DNA from: Eubacteriales bacterium
GTDB lineage: Bacteria > Bacillota > Clostridia > Oscillospirales > CAG-272
Assembly (NCBI GenBank): GCA_045657645.1
Contig: JAZOTL010000021.1
Location: 1 to 36,561, forward strand
DNA: 36,561 nucleotides
Direction of reading: 5' to 3'
The translations under genes and the position numbers were made by a program. Positions 7,964-16,314 of this stretch are shown here, piece by piece. Within the stretch, counting starts at the first letter, position 1. Each line of letters starts with the position of its first letter. The notes below the pieces were generated by a model, which saw only the letters and a program-made list of their open reading frames with translations, had not been told where the DNA came from and searched no databases.

Positions 7964-9691
7964 TTATTCCTTGAATTGGTATTTATACAGCTTTGCGTAA
8001 ATTCCGTCCCTTGAAATAAGCTCCTCGTGGTTTCCACGCTCTGCAATACCCTCTTTGGTAAGCACGATAATATCATCGGCATTTTTAACCGTTGAAAGGC
8101 GGTGGGCAACAACTATTGCGGTTCTTCCCACCAAAAGCTGGTCAAGGGCAGCCTGTATCTGCATTTCGGTTTCATTATCAAGGGCAGAGGTTGCTTCGTC
8201 AAGGATAAGTATTTTGGGGTCCTTTAAGAACACACGGGCAATGGATATTCTCTGCTTTTGTCCGCCCGAAAGCTTTACGCCTCGCTCACCCACCTCGGTA
8301 TCATAGCCCTTTTCAAGGGTCATAATGTAATCGTGAATATTCGCCTTTTTCGCCGCCTCTATTATCTCTTCATCGGTTGCGCCAAATCTGCCGTATTCGA
8401 TATTTTCACGCACGGTTCCGTCAAAAAGGAAAACGTCCTGTGCAACCATACCTATATTGCGGCGCAAGGAAGAGCGCGTAAGGCTTGTTATATCGTTACC
8501 GTCGATGGTAATACTGCCGCCGTCCACCTCATAAAAACGGGGGATAAGGTGGCACATGGTAGTCTTTCCGCCACCGCTTGGGCCTACAAGGGCAACCTTT
8601 GTACCCTGCTTGATATCAAGGGAAAGGCCGTTTATTACCCGTTCCTCTTCTTCATCCGTGCCGTAGCTGAAGCTTACGTCCTTAAAGGAAATATCGCCCC
8701 TTACGTCACAAAGCTCTGTTGCATCGGGTGCGTCAAGCTCCTGGGCCTCATTCATAAGCTCGGAAAAACGCTCCAAGCCCGTAAGTCCGTTCTGGAGCTG
8801 TTCAAAAAAGGCAACCAGCTTGTTAACAGGCTTTAAGAACATTGTTATATAAAGGATAAAGGCAACAAACTCACCTATATCTATCTGCTTGTAGTAGAAG
8901 AAAAGACCGCCGGCACAAAGCACGCAAAGATACAGAAAGTCTGTCATAAAGCCCATTCCCGCAAAGAACTGAGCCATAGACATATAAGCCTTGCGCCTTG
9001 CCTCCTTAAAGGCAGCGTTGGCACGGTCAAAACGGCTTTTTTCGTGCTGTTCCGCAGTATAAGAACGGGAAACGCGCACACCGGATATGGAGGTTTCTAT
9101 ATCCGCATTTATATCCGCAATCTTTTCACGGGATTCCTTAAAGGCACCGTGCATTTTTGTGCGCATACGAAAGGCAAAAAACACGATAAAGGGGAGTATG
9201 GCAAACACTATAAGGGTAAGCCAAAGGTTTATGTTAACAAGCATTATAAAGGAGCCTATGAGCATAATTCCCGAAATAAACAGGTCCTCAGGGCAATGAT
9301 GGGCAAGCTCGGATATCTCCATCAGATCGTTGACTATCCTTGACATAACCGAGCCTGTTTTGTTTTCATCAAAAAAGGAAAAGGGGAGCTTTTCAAGATG
9401 ATAGAAAAGATCTCTTCGCATATCTGCCTGTATACCAACACCCACCATATGACCCCAAAACTGGATTATATAGTTCAGCACCAGCTTTGCAAGGTATATG
9501 GCAAGCAGTACCGCTGACCACACAATAAGCAGGCGCAACTTGCCCTTGGGAACGTAATCGTTAATGATATTCTGAGTTATTACGGGATAGAAAAGGTCGC
9601 ATACCGATACGGCAAGGGCGCAGACCATATCCATAATAAACAGTTTTTTATAAGGCTTATAATAACTAAATACTTTTTTTAATAACTTCAT
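7964..9691 (-). CDS. ABC exporter, fused permease/ATPase (MsbA/type I exporter family)
   Basis: It has 6 TM helices plus an NBD with Walker A GPSGGGKTT, signature LSGGQKQRISIAR and Walker B ILILDEATSALD. I set the start at MKLLKK (9691) because GGGGGAAGAG precedes it. The ORF-track start at 9727 lies inside an upstream hairpin. Confidence 0.9.
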   Translation of the reverse strand: MKLLKKVFSYYKPYKKLFIMDMVCALAVSVCDLFYPVITQNIINDYVPKGKLRLLIVWSAVLLAIYLAKLVLNYIIQFWGHMVGVGIQADMRRDLFYHLEKLPFSFFDENKTGSVMSRIVNDLMEISELAHHCPEDLFISGIMLIGSFIMLVNINLWLTLIVFAILPFIVFFAFRMRTKMHGAFKESREKIADINADIETSISGVRVSRSYTAEQHEKSRFDRANAAFKEARRKAYMSMAQFFAGMGFMTDFLYLCVLCAGGLFFYYKQIDIGEFVAFILYITMFLKPVNKLVAFFEQLQNGLTGLERFSELMNEAQELDAPDATELCDVRGDISFKDVSFSYGTDEEEERVINGLSLDIKQGTKVALVGPSGGGKTTMCHLIPRFYEVDGGSITIDGNDITSLTRSSLRRNIGMVAQDVFLFDGTVRENIEYGRFGATDEEIIEAAKKANIHDYIMTLEKGYDTEVGERGVKLSGGQKQRISIARVFLKDPKILILDEATSALDNETEMQIQAALDQLLVGRTAIVVAHRLSTVKNADDIIVLTKEGIAERGNHEELISRDGIYAKLYKYQFKE

Positions 9692-9701
9692 TTTCTCTTC
9701 C

Positions 9702-9829
9702 CCCGCTTTTTGAAAAAAGCGGGCCAAAAACTTTAATAATCGGTTTGTGCAAACTTTAATGTTCGTGCCACTAATTTTATTCTCAAACCAAACTCCACGA
9801 AGGACGGCACCACCGCAAGGTGGTTTTTC
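9702..9829 (+). repeat. Mosaic intergenic repeat, copy B (A/T-stem hairpin, then the M2 module, then a GNRA-capped hairpin with T5)
   Basis: 9702-9723 is the hairpin cccgcttttt/aaaaagcggg. Positions 9724-9742 (ggccaaaaactttaataatcgg) match 36340-36360. Positions 9735-9829 align with the RC of 49-130. The element ends in accaccGCAAggtggtTTTTT (9809-9828). Confidence 0.7.
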
Positions 9830-9843
9830 AAAAGAGCGTGATA

Positions 9844-10365
9844 TTAGCCGATGGTAGCGATATAAGCCTCCAGTGCTTCTATTGCAAGATTATATACTTC
9901 CATAGTTGTGGTATGGAGCAATGCCAGAACAGCTATGTAGATCAATACAAGGCAAACAAAGCCGATAATTTTCCATATAAGGGCTGCTCTTGAGAAATGC
10001 TTAAGATTTTTGTTCTTTGGAGCAAAGGAAAGTATAAGTGCTACAAGGGCGCCTATAACGGGGATTGCGTAAACAAACATAAGTCCGAAAAATCCAAGGG
10101 TAGATGCCACTCTTTCCTTTTCCACCTGTACAGGGGCGGCCTTGACGGTTTGGGTTTTTACACTTTCTTTCTTTTCAGGCTCTTGTTTTACAGGCTCTTT
10201 TGTTATGGGTTCTTCTTTTACGGGCTCTTCGTTTACCACGATGGTTTCTTCGGGCTGAACAGCGGTTTCATTCACCTGCTCCTCGACTATCTTTGCGCCG
10301 CACTGTGTGCAAAACCTGGTATTGTTTTCAAGCTGGGCTCCGCACTGTGTACAAAACTTTTCCAT
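9844..10365 (-). CDS. Zinc-ribbon domain membrane protein with an E/P/K-rich linker
   Basis: 173 aa. A double CxxC motif (CTQCGAQL...CTQCGAKI) is followed by a repetitive EPVK/EPIT linker and two C-terminal TM helices. Confidence 0.7.
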   Translation of the reverse strand: MEKFCTQCGAQLENNTRFCTQCGAKIVEEQVNETAVQPEETIVVNEEPVKEEPITKEPVKQEPEKKESVKTQTVKAAPVQVEKERVASTLGFFGLMFVYAIPVIGALVALILSFAPKNKNLKHFSRAALIWKIIGFVCLVLIYIAVLALLHTTTMEVYNLAIEALEAYIATIG

Positions 10366-10388
10366 ATATATTTCCTCCTTAGTTTAAA

Positions 10389-10420
10389 TAAAGTCTTGTG
10401 CCAAAAGGAACAAGACTTTC
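10389..10420 (-). terminator. Probable terminator downstream of the EamA gene
   Basis: An 8-bp stem pairs agtcttgt (10392-10399) with acaagact (10410-10417). On the minus strand it is followed by tttattt. Confidence 0.45.
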
Positions 10421-10460
10421 AAGGTTTCTGTTAAAATGATATCACAGCAAGGGTTCTTTG

Positions 10461-11381
10461 TCAAGAATTCCCTTTTCGCTTTTTGGATGCAGGGAGCTTT
10501 ACGTTAAGCAGTACAACGGAGGATATAACAAGAGCTATACCGCAAACAGCGGGAAGATCTACCCCCTGGCCAAAATAGATAAGCCCCACAAGGGTTGCCA
10601 CAACAAGCTCTATGGTTGACATAATGGATGCGTTTGCCGCATCGGTATATTTAAGGCCTATGGTGTAAAGAACGTAGGGTGCAAGGCAGGTAAGCACCGC
10701 CTGTAAAAGCGCATACACCAATATTTTGGGCTGCTCTGCTATCTTTGAAAAAAGCGCAGGAAGATTGCTAAAGGGGAGTACCGCAAGAAAGGCGAAGCAG
10801 AAAGCATAAACGGTAATGGAAAGGGGCTTTGAACCACGCAAAAGGGCAAGGGAGGAGAACACGCTGTAAAGAGCGTAAGAAAAGCCTGCCGCGCAGCCAA
10901 AAAGTATACCGGGTATGGAAACGTTACCCACACCGGACAAAATACCCGAAACCAATGCCGCACCCACAAAGGACGCTATACAGCATATGGTACGCAAAAC
11001 GGTAAGGTGCTGGCGGAAAACAAAGATAGACAGCACTACCACGATTATGGGAGAGGTGTACATAAGCACCGCCGCAACAGAAAGAGAGGTCATGGAGATA
11101 GAATAGAAGTAGAACAGACTGCTTCCCACCATACCCACGGCACCTGCGCCGATATAATATTTTATATTTTTGCGCCTGATTATAAACACATCACGATTAA
11201 ATACAAGCATAAAAGCAAGCATCATTATACAGGTAAATCCAAGGCGCATAACGGTTATCTCCACAGAGCTAACACCAAAAGCTTCAAGATTTTTTACAAA
11301 AAATCCGGTATGCCCCCACAGAAATCCTGCGCCAAGAACAAGCATTATACCCAAAAGGGTCTTTTTTAAGTCAGTTTTCAT
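10461..11381 (-). CDS. EamA/DMT-family transporter
   Basis: 306 aa with about 10 TM helices arranged as two EamA-like halves. There is no soluble domain. Confidence 0.75.
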   Translation of the reverse strand: MKTDLKKTLLGIMLVLGAGFLWGHTGFFVKNLEAFGVSSVEITVMRLGFTCIMMLAFMLVFNRDVFIIRRKNIKYYIGAGAVGMVGSSLFYFYSISMTSLSVAAVLMYTSPIIVVVLSIFVFRQHLTVLRTICCIASFVGAALVSGILSGVGNVSIPGILFGCAAGFSYALYSVFSSLALLRGSKPLSITVYAFCFAFLAVLPFSNLPALFSKIAEQPKILVYALLQAVLTCLAPYVLYTIGLKYTDAANASIMSTIELVVATLVGLIYFGQGVDLPAVCGIALVISSVVLLNVKLPASKKRKGNS

Positions 11382-11445
11382 AGTCTTCCTTCAATTTTAA
11401 AGATAAGTTCTAACCTCAAAAATAATATCACAACCGCAAGGCTTT

Positions 11446-11479
11446 GTCAATCAACATTTGGTAAAACAGGCATAGTATA
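11446..11479 (+). promoter_or_regulatory. Possible mother-cell (SigE/SigK-type) promoter of cotJ
   Basis: CATAGTATA at 11471-11479 fits the CATAnnnTA / CATACA-T type -10 element. The -35 assignment is weak. In Bacillus subtilis cotJ is SigE-dependent. Confidence 0.25.
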
Positions 11480-11527
11480 ATAACGGAAACAATTTTTCCG
11501 CAAAAGAAAATCAAGGAGAATAGAAAA

Positions 11528-11764
11528 TTGGAATACTACAGACAGAATATCTATCCTTACCGCACAGCACCCCGTAATACGCCTTGCTGTAAAAGCGTAA
11601 AGGAACAATGCCTTGACACCGACAAATGCGTCCCCTTGGCTATGGGTTATGTAAAATGGCAGACCTGGCAGGAAATCTACCCCTGCGATAAAGCCCTTAT
11701 GCGGGGCACCTTGTTCTGCCAGCTCGACAAGCCCTTTATGGGGCAAAGGAGGGACTACAGATGA
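11528..11764 (+). CDS. cotJA: Spore coat-associated protein CotJA
   Basis: 78 aa with PLAMGYVKWQTW..IY....AL..GTLF..L..PF, the CotJA signature. It uses a TTG start 9 nt after GGAG and overlaps cotJB by 4 nt (ATGA). Confidence 0.8.
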   Translation: MEYYRQNIYPYRTAPRNTPCCKSVKEQCLDTDKCVPLAMGYVKWQTWQEIYPCDKALMRGTLFCQLDKPFMGQRRDYR

Positions 11765-12021
11765 AGATGAATCAGCGAGAGCAGCTTTTATGGCAGGTAC
11801 AAACGGCAGGCTTCGCCGTATATGAGCTTAATCTGTATTTAGACACCCACCCCTGTGATGCCGAAGCCCTTGAAGCAATGAAAAAATACCGCGAGCAGCT
11901 TGAAAAATGCACAAACGAATACGAAGCCACCTACGGTCCCCTTACGGCAAAGAGCCCCTATGCCTTATGCGACCGTTGGAAATGGACAGATGCTCCCATG
12001 CCTTGGGAAACGGAGGTATAG
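11761..12021 (+). CDS. cotJB: Spore coat protein CotJB
   Basis: 86 aa. LLWQVQTAGFAVYELNLYLDTHP is typical of CotJB. Confidence 0.85.
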   Translation: MKMNQREQLLWQVQTAGFAVYELNLYLDTHPCDAEALEAMKKYREQLEKCTNEYEATYGPLTAKSPYALCDRWKWTDAPMPWETEV

Positions 12022-12024
12022 AAT

Positions 12025-12621
12025 ATGTGGATATATGAGAAAAAACTGCAATTCCCTGTTAAAATAACACGCCCTAATGCCGCGGCCGCAAAGGTTATAA
12101 TAACACAGTTTGGCGGCCCTGATGGCGAGCTTGGCGCATCTATGCGTTATCTTTCACAGCGTTTTTCAATGAAAAACCCCAAGGTTGCAGGCCTGCTTAC
12201 CGATATTGGCACAGAGGAGCTTGCCCACCTTGAAATGGTGTGCGCAATAGTGCGTCAGCTTACAAAAAACCTCTCTGTTGAGGAAATAAAACGGGAGGGC
12301 TTTGATGCCTACTTTGTAGACCATACCGTAGGTGTATGGCCCCAGGCGGCATCGGGTATGCCCTTTTCTTCCGCCACCTTCCAATCCAAGGGCGACCCCA
12401 TAACAGACCTGCACGAGGATATGGGCGCGGAGCAGAAGGCACGCACCACCTATGATAACATAATCCGCCTTGTGGATGACCCGGACGTACTGGAGCCCAT
12501 CCGCTTCCTTCGCCAGCGTGAGATAGTACACTACCAGCGTTTTGGTGAAGCACTGCGTATGGTAACCGACGACCTTGATGCAAAGAACTTCTTCGCTTAT
12601 AATCCAAGCTTTGACAGATAA
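12025..12621 (+). CDS. cotJC: Spore coat protein CotJC (manganese-catalase family)
   Basis: 198 aa. The sequence MWIYEKKLQFPVKI...GGPDGELGASMRYLSQR...EELAHLEM carries the di-metal ferritin-like motifs. Confidence 0.9.
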   Translation: MWIYEKKLQFPVKITRPNAAAAKVIITQFGGPDGELGASMRYLSQRFSMKNPKVAGLLTDIGTEELAHLEMVCAIVRQLTKNLSVEEIKREGFDAYFVDHTVGVWPQAASGMPFSSATFQSKGDPITDLHEDMGAEQKARTTYDNIIRLVDDPDVLEPIRFLRQREIVHYQRFGEALRMVTDDLDAKNFFAYNPSFDR

Positions 12622-12626
12622 CAAAA

Positions 12627-12664
12627 AACGACGATAACCGAATGTTATCGTCGTTCTTTTATTT
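12627..12664 (+). terminator. Rho-independent terminator of cotJABC
   Basis: A 12-bp stem pairs aacgacgataac (12627-12638) with gttatcgtcgtt (12644-12655). It is followed by cttttattt. Confidence 0.8.
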
Positions 12665-12665
12665 C

Positions 12666-12694
12666 TTGACATAATTTTTTTAATATGATATTAT
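12666..12694 (+). promoter_or_regulatory. SigA-type promoter of the oxidoreductase operon
   Basis: TTGACA (12666-12671), a 17-nt spacer, then TATTAT (12689-12694), with a TGn extended -10. Confidence 0.6.
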
Positions 12695-12740
12695 TTTAAT
12701 GTATACATATTTATATTATATAACCCCGAAAGGCAAAAGC

Positions 12741-13829
12741 ATGGATACCAAATTAAAAATTGCCATAATAGGTTGCGGAGGCATAGCCCACGCACATATG
12801 TCCTCATATCTTAAAATGGAGGATGCGCAGGTAGTAGCCCTGTGTGATATAATCCCCGGCAAGGCAGAAAGCTTTGCAAAGGAATTTGAGCTCTGCGACG
12901 TAAAATTCTACACCAACCACAAGGAAATGCTCCAAAAGGAACAGCTTGATGCAGTAAGCATATGCACCTATAACGTAACCCATTGTGAGTGCACGGTAGA
13001 TGCCCTGAAGGCTGGCGTTCACGTTATGCTTGAAAAGCCTATGAGCGTTACCCTTGAAGAGGGTATTGAAATGATGCGCGCAGAAAAGGAAAGCGGCAAG
13101 ATACTTTCCATAGGCTTTCAGCCCCGTTTTGCACCTATGACAAAAACCTTGCGAGATATAGTGCAGGCAGACGAGGTTGGCGAGGTTTATTATATACAAA
13201 CAGGCGGCGGCAGAAGAAGGGGCATACCCAACCGCACCTTTATAGAAAAAAAGACTGCGGGTATAGGAGCCCTTGGTGATATAGGCTGTTACGCCTTAGA
13301 CCTTGTGCTTTATGCCCTGGACTACCCTACCCCTACCACCGTTTCGGCATATAAGTCTGACTTTTTCGGCAAAAGCACCGAATACCAGAAGCCCGAGGAC
13401 GCAAGCCGCTTTGACGTAGACGATTTTGCAGCGGCGTTTATACGCTTTGATACGGGCCTTGTAATTGACTTCCGTATTGCCTGGGCAATGCATATAGACT
13501 CTCCCGGAGATACCATAATGCTTGGCAAAAAGGGCGGCATACGCATACCCGCCACCGACTGCTGGAACTACGGGCCGGGAGGTGACCTTACCATTTACCA
13601 CGACGTTGCAGGAAAACAGGTTGAAACCGTAATTCCTGCCGATATGGATTTTGCAAACAAAAAGGACCTTTTCTACAACAAGATACGATCCTTCCTTGAC
13701 GCAATAAAAACAGGCGGCAAAGCCCCTGTACCCACCTCACAGATCATAAAAAATCAGGCTATTCTTGATGCCATACAGCGTTCCGCAGAGTTGGGACGAG
13801 AGGTTGAGGTAAAAATTCCCGAAGTATAA
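12741..13829 (+). CDS. Gfo/Idh/MocA-family NAD(P)-dependent oxidoreductase
   Basis: The Rossmann N-terminus is KIAIIGCGGIAHAH, followed by EKP and a C-terminal alpha/beta domain. I set the start at MDTKLK (12741); the ORF-track start at 12699 lies within the promoter. Confidence 0.85.
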   Translation: MDTKLKIAIIGCGGIAHAHMSSYLKMEDAQVVALCDIIPGKAESFAKEFELCDVKFYTNHKEMLQKEQLDAVSICTYNVTHCECTVDALKAGVHVMLEKPMSVTLEEGIEMMRAEKESGKILSIGFQPRFAPMTKTLRDIVQADEVGEVYYIQTGGGRRRGIPNRTFIEKKTAGIGALGDIGCYALDLVLYALDYPTPTTVSAYKSDFFGKSTEYQKPEDASRFDVDDFAAAFIRFDTGLVIDFRIAWAMHIDSPGDTIMLGKKGGIRIPATDCWNYGPGGDLTIYHDVAGKQVETVIPADMDFANKKDLFYNKIRSFLDAIKTGGKAPVPTSQIIKNQAILDAIQRSAELGREVEVKIPEV

Positions 13830-13839
13830 GAGGTATTTT

Positions 13840-15153
13840 ATGACTAAAAGAACCATAGCTTACGTTTTGGGCGCACTGATATTGCTTTTTGCAATTCTGC
13901 CCCCTGTTTCTGCTTCCCTTGCCCTTGCTGTATGCCTTATCCCCATACTTGTTTTTGGCACGGAGCTTGCGTTAAGCTACACAAAGCAGGTTAAAAAGGG
14001 CAGATTTTTCTGCGAGGAGATATACATAATAATATCCGCCCTTGCTCTTTTGATCGGGGGCAACCCCGTGCAATCTGCACTTTTATTGCTCCTTGCTTCC
14101 ATTGCCTTTTTCTTTTTCAAAAAGGCGGCAAGGACCTCTGTTATACAGTCCGACCTTTACCTGCCCAAAAGAGCAGTGCTAAAGCACCCCGCAGGAGATA
14201 AGCTGATACTTACAAAGGAGATCGTACCCGGTAATATCATTGAGGTAAAAGAGGGAGATATAGTCCCCTGTGACGGTATTGTAATGTCGGGCGAGGGACT
14301 GCTTGACTACACCAACATCTACGGCCCCGGAGAGCCCTTTGCGGTAAAATTCCAAACCACCTGCCACGCAGGCGGAATACTCCAGCAGGGTAATATTACT
14401 GTCAAGTGCTCCCATCCTATAGAAAATTCATTATACGCAATGATAAATGCCCAATCAAAGAACAGATTGAAGGCATCTGCATACCACAGCTCGGTTAAAA
14501 CTATAGGCTTTATCTTTAAGCTCGCCTTTACTGCCCTTGCCATAGTGGCAACGGTTATATGCGGCATAGTTACAAAAAAGGCAGGTATGGCAATAAACTT
14601 CGGCACCGTTCTGCTGATAGGTGCATCCACTATTTCCTTGGAACGCCCCATAAACACCCTTTACCGTAACGCAATGACCTCGTTAGGTAAAAAGGGCGGT
14701 ATTATCAGCTCGGAAAGCGACCTTGAAGCTTTGGCACAGCTTAAAACCGTTTATCTTGCCCAGCCACCTGCGCAGGAAACCCTTGCACGGCTTGAAGAGC
14801 TCAGGCTTTCGGTGCTTAAAAAGGATATTGGACTTAACACAAACGCCGTATGCTTTACCGCTGAAAGAGAGCTTCGCAATTACAGAGGCAAAAGCCTGCC
14901 TGTTGCACTCGGCTTCTTTTCTCCAAAGGCAGGTGCAGTAATTACCGACGGAAACGTACAAAGGCTTGCAGGAGTGGTACGCTCGGCAAAGAATTTCAAA
15001 ATTCTTCTTACCCAAAATATTATTTGCACCATAACAGAAAAACTGCTTATTATATTACTGCTTTTCTGCGTAACAATTACCCCTGCCGCAGCATTGGTAA
15101 TTGAATTTGCACTTTGGATGCTTTGTATCCTTAACGCTTCCAGACTTGTTTGA
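13840..15153 (+). CDS. Degenerate P-type (P1B-like) ATPase homolog lacking catalytic motifs
   Basis: 437 aa. The actuator-domain-like core is VPGNIIEVKEGDIVPCDGIVMSGEGLLDY. However, TGES is replaced by YGPGEP, CPx by GASTISLERP and DKTGT by YLAQPPA, and there is no GDGxND hinge. Confidence 0.6.
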   Translation: MTKRTIAYVLGALILLFAILPPVSASLALAVCLIPILVFGTELALSYTKQVKKGRFFCEEIYIIISALALLIGGNPVQSALLLLLASIAFFFFKKAARTSVIQSDLYLPKRAVLKHPAGDKLILTKEIVPGNIIEVKEGDIVPCDGIVMSGEGLLDYTNIYGPGEPFAVKFQTTCHAGGILQQGNITVKCSHPIENSLYAMINAQSKNRLKASAYHSSVKTIGFIFKLAFTALAIVATVICGIVTKKAGMAINFGTVLLIGASTISLERPINTLYRNAMTSLGKKGGIISSESDLEALAQLKTVYLAQPPAQETLARLEELRLSVLKKDIGLNTNAVCFTAERELRNYRGKSLPVALGFFSPKAGAVITDGNVQRLAGVVRSAKNFKILLTQNIICTITEKLLIILLLFCVTITPAAALVIEFALWMLCILNASRLV

Positions 15154-16313
15154 TGAGTGAGGTAAGATTCTTGTTAAAACGACATAATTTTTATTATAAG
15201 CTTTTTAGACCTCTTGTAGTTCTCTTCTTAAAAATACGCTTTGGCTATAAGTTCCAGTATGCAAAGAACCTCCCGGATAACTACATAGTGCTTTCAAACC
15301 ACACCACCGACTACGATATGCTTTTCGTGGGTGCCTCATTTAAAAAGCAGATGTACTTTGTGGGAAGCGAGCATATTGCCCGCTGGAAAACCTTATATAA
15401 ATTCATAAAGCACGCCTTTGCACCCATAATGCGTTTAAAGGGTGCCTCTGCAACCTCGGCAATACTTGATATAAAGAGAAAAACCAAAAAGGGAGCTAAC
15501 GTATGTATGTTCCCGGAAGGTGTGCGCAGCTGGGACGGACGTACCTGCCCCATTCTTGAATCCACCGCACAGCTTGTTAAGTCTGCAGGCTGCGGTCTTG
15601 TTACCTACAGAATACAGGGCGGTTATTTTGCAAGCCCTATGTGGGGCGGAGCCTCGGTACGCCGGGGTAGAGTTTACGGCGCACCTGTAAGAGTGTTTAC
15701 AAAAGAGCAGCTTGCGCAGATGACCCCTGAGGAGATATATGAGGTAATAAAGACCGACCTTTGGGAGGATGCCTATGAGCGACAGGAAAGATCCCCTGAA
15801 AAGTACAAGAGTAAAACGGCGGCAGAGCACCTCGAAAATCTCCTGTTCGTTTGCCCCTACTGCCAAAGCAAAGATGGCATTTCTTCAAGCAAAGACAAGG
15901 TAAGCTGCAGTCATTGCGGCAACAGCTTTACATACAATCAATACGGTATGCTTGAGGGAGCGCCCTACACTACAGTAAGGGAACTTTCCGATTGGCAGAA
16001 GAAATGTATTGAACATGATGTTGAAAACAATACAGAATACAGCGCTTCAAACGCAAAGCTGATATCGGTAATAAAGCACCAGGAGACCCCCGTAACCGAG
16101 GGAAAACTGATAATTACTCCCCTTTTTCTCAAATGCGGCAATACCGAATTCCCACTTTCCGACATTACAGACCTTGCAATGCACGGCCAGCACGCAGTAG
16201 TATTTACCGTAGGCAAGCAATACTACGAGCTTAACGTTAACAAAGGGGAAAACGCCCTTAAATTTATGCTTTATTATAACCAAGCTATAAAACAAAAGAA
16301 CGGAGTACAATGA
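15153..16313 (+). CDS. PlsC-family lysophospholipid acyltransferase with a C-terminal zinc-ribbon extension
   Basis: The HX4D motif is NHTTDYD and the FPEGVRS motif is present. The C-terminal CPYCQS...CSHCGN is followed by a roughly 130-aa domain. The ATG at 15153 overlaps the upstream stop (TGATG); the ORF track begins at the TTG at 15150. Confidence 0.8.
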   Translation: MSEVRFLLKRHNFYYKLFRPLVVLFLKIRFGYKFQYAKNLPDNYIVLSNHTTDYDMLFVGASFKKQMYFVGSEHIARWKTLYKFIKHAFAPIMRLKGASATSAILDIKRKTKKGANVCMFPEGVRSWDGRTCPILESTAQLVKSAGCGLVTYRIQGGYFASPMWGGASVRRGRVYGAPVRVFTKEQLAQMTPEEIYEVIKTDLWEDAYERQERSPEKYKSKTAAEHLENLLFVCPYCQSKDGISSSKDKVSCSHCGNSFTYNQYGMLEGAPYTTVRELSDWQKKCIEHDVENNTEYSASNAKLISVIKHQETPVTEGKLIITPLFLKCGNTEFPLSDITDLAMHGQHAVVFTVGKQYYELNVNKGENALKFMLYYNQAIKQKNGVQ

Positions 16314-16314
16314 T

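Noticed and set aside
9692-9727. An N-terminal extension (MARFFQKAGEEK) of the ABC exporter ORF.
   Set aside because: These codons are the RC of the A/T-stem hairpin and the SD. A proper SD (GGGGGAAGAG) precedes the internal ATG at 9691.
9810-9823. The recurrent CCACCGCAAGGTGG hairpin read as a CRISPR-like or array repeat.
   Set aside because: The copies are 8-19 kb apart, in mixed orientation and embedded in larger homologous modules. There is no regular repeat-spacer periodicity and no cas genes.
11447-11746. A 99-aa ORF on the - strand.
   Set aside because: It is antisense to cotJA and its promoter. The cotJA call is supported by family motifs and by coupling to cotJB.
12699-12740. An upstream ATG start for the Gfo/Idh/MocA gene.
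   Set aside because: It would begin 5 nt after the predicted -10 box and add a non-conserved YTYLYYITPKGKS peptide. The Rossmann fold starts right after the ATG at 12741.
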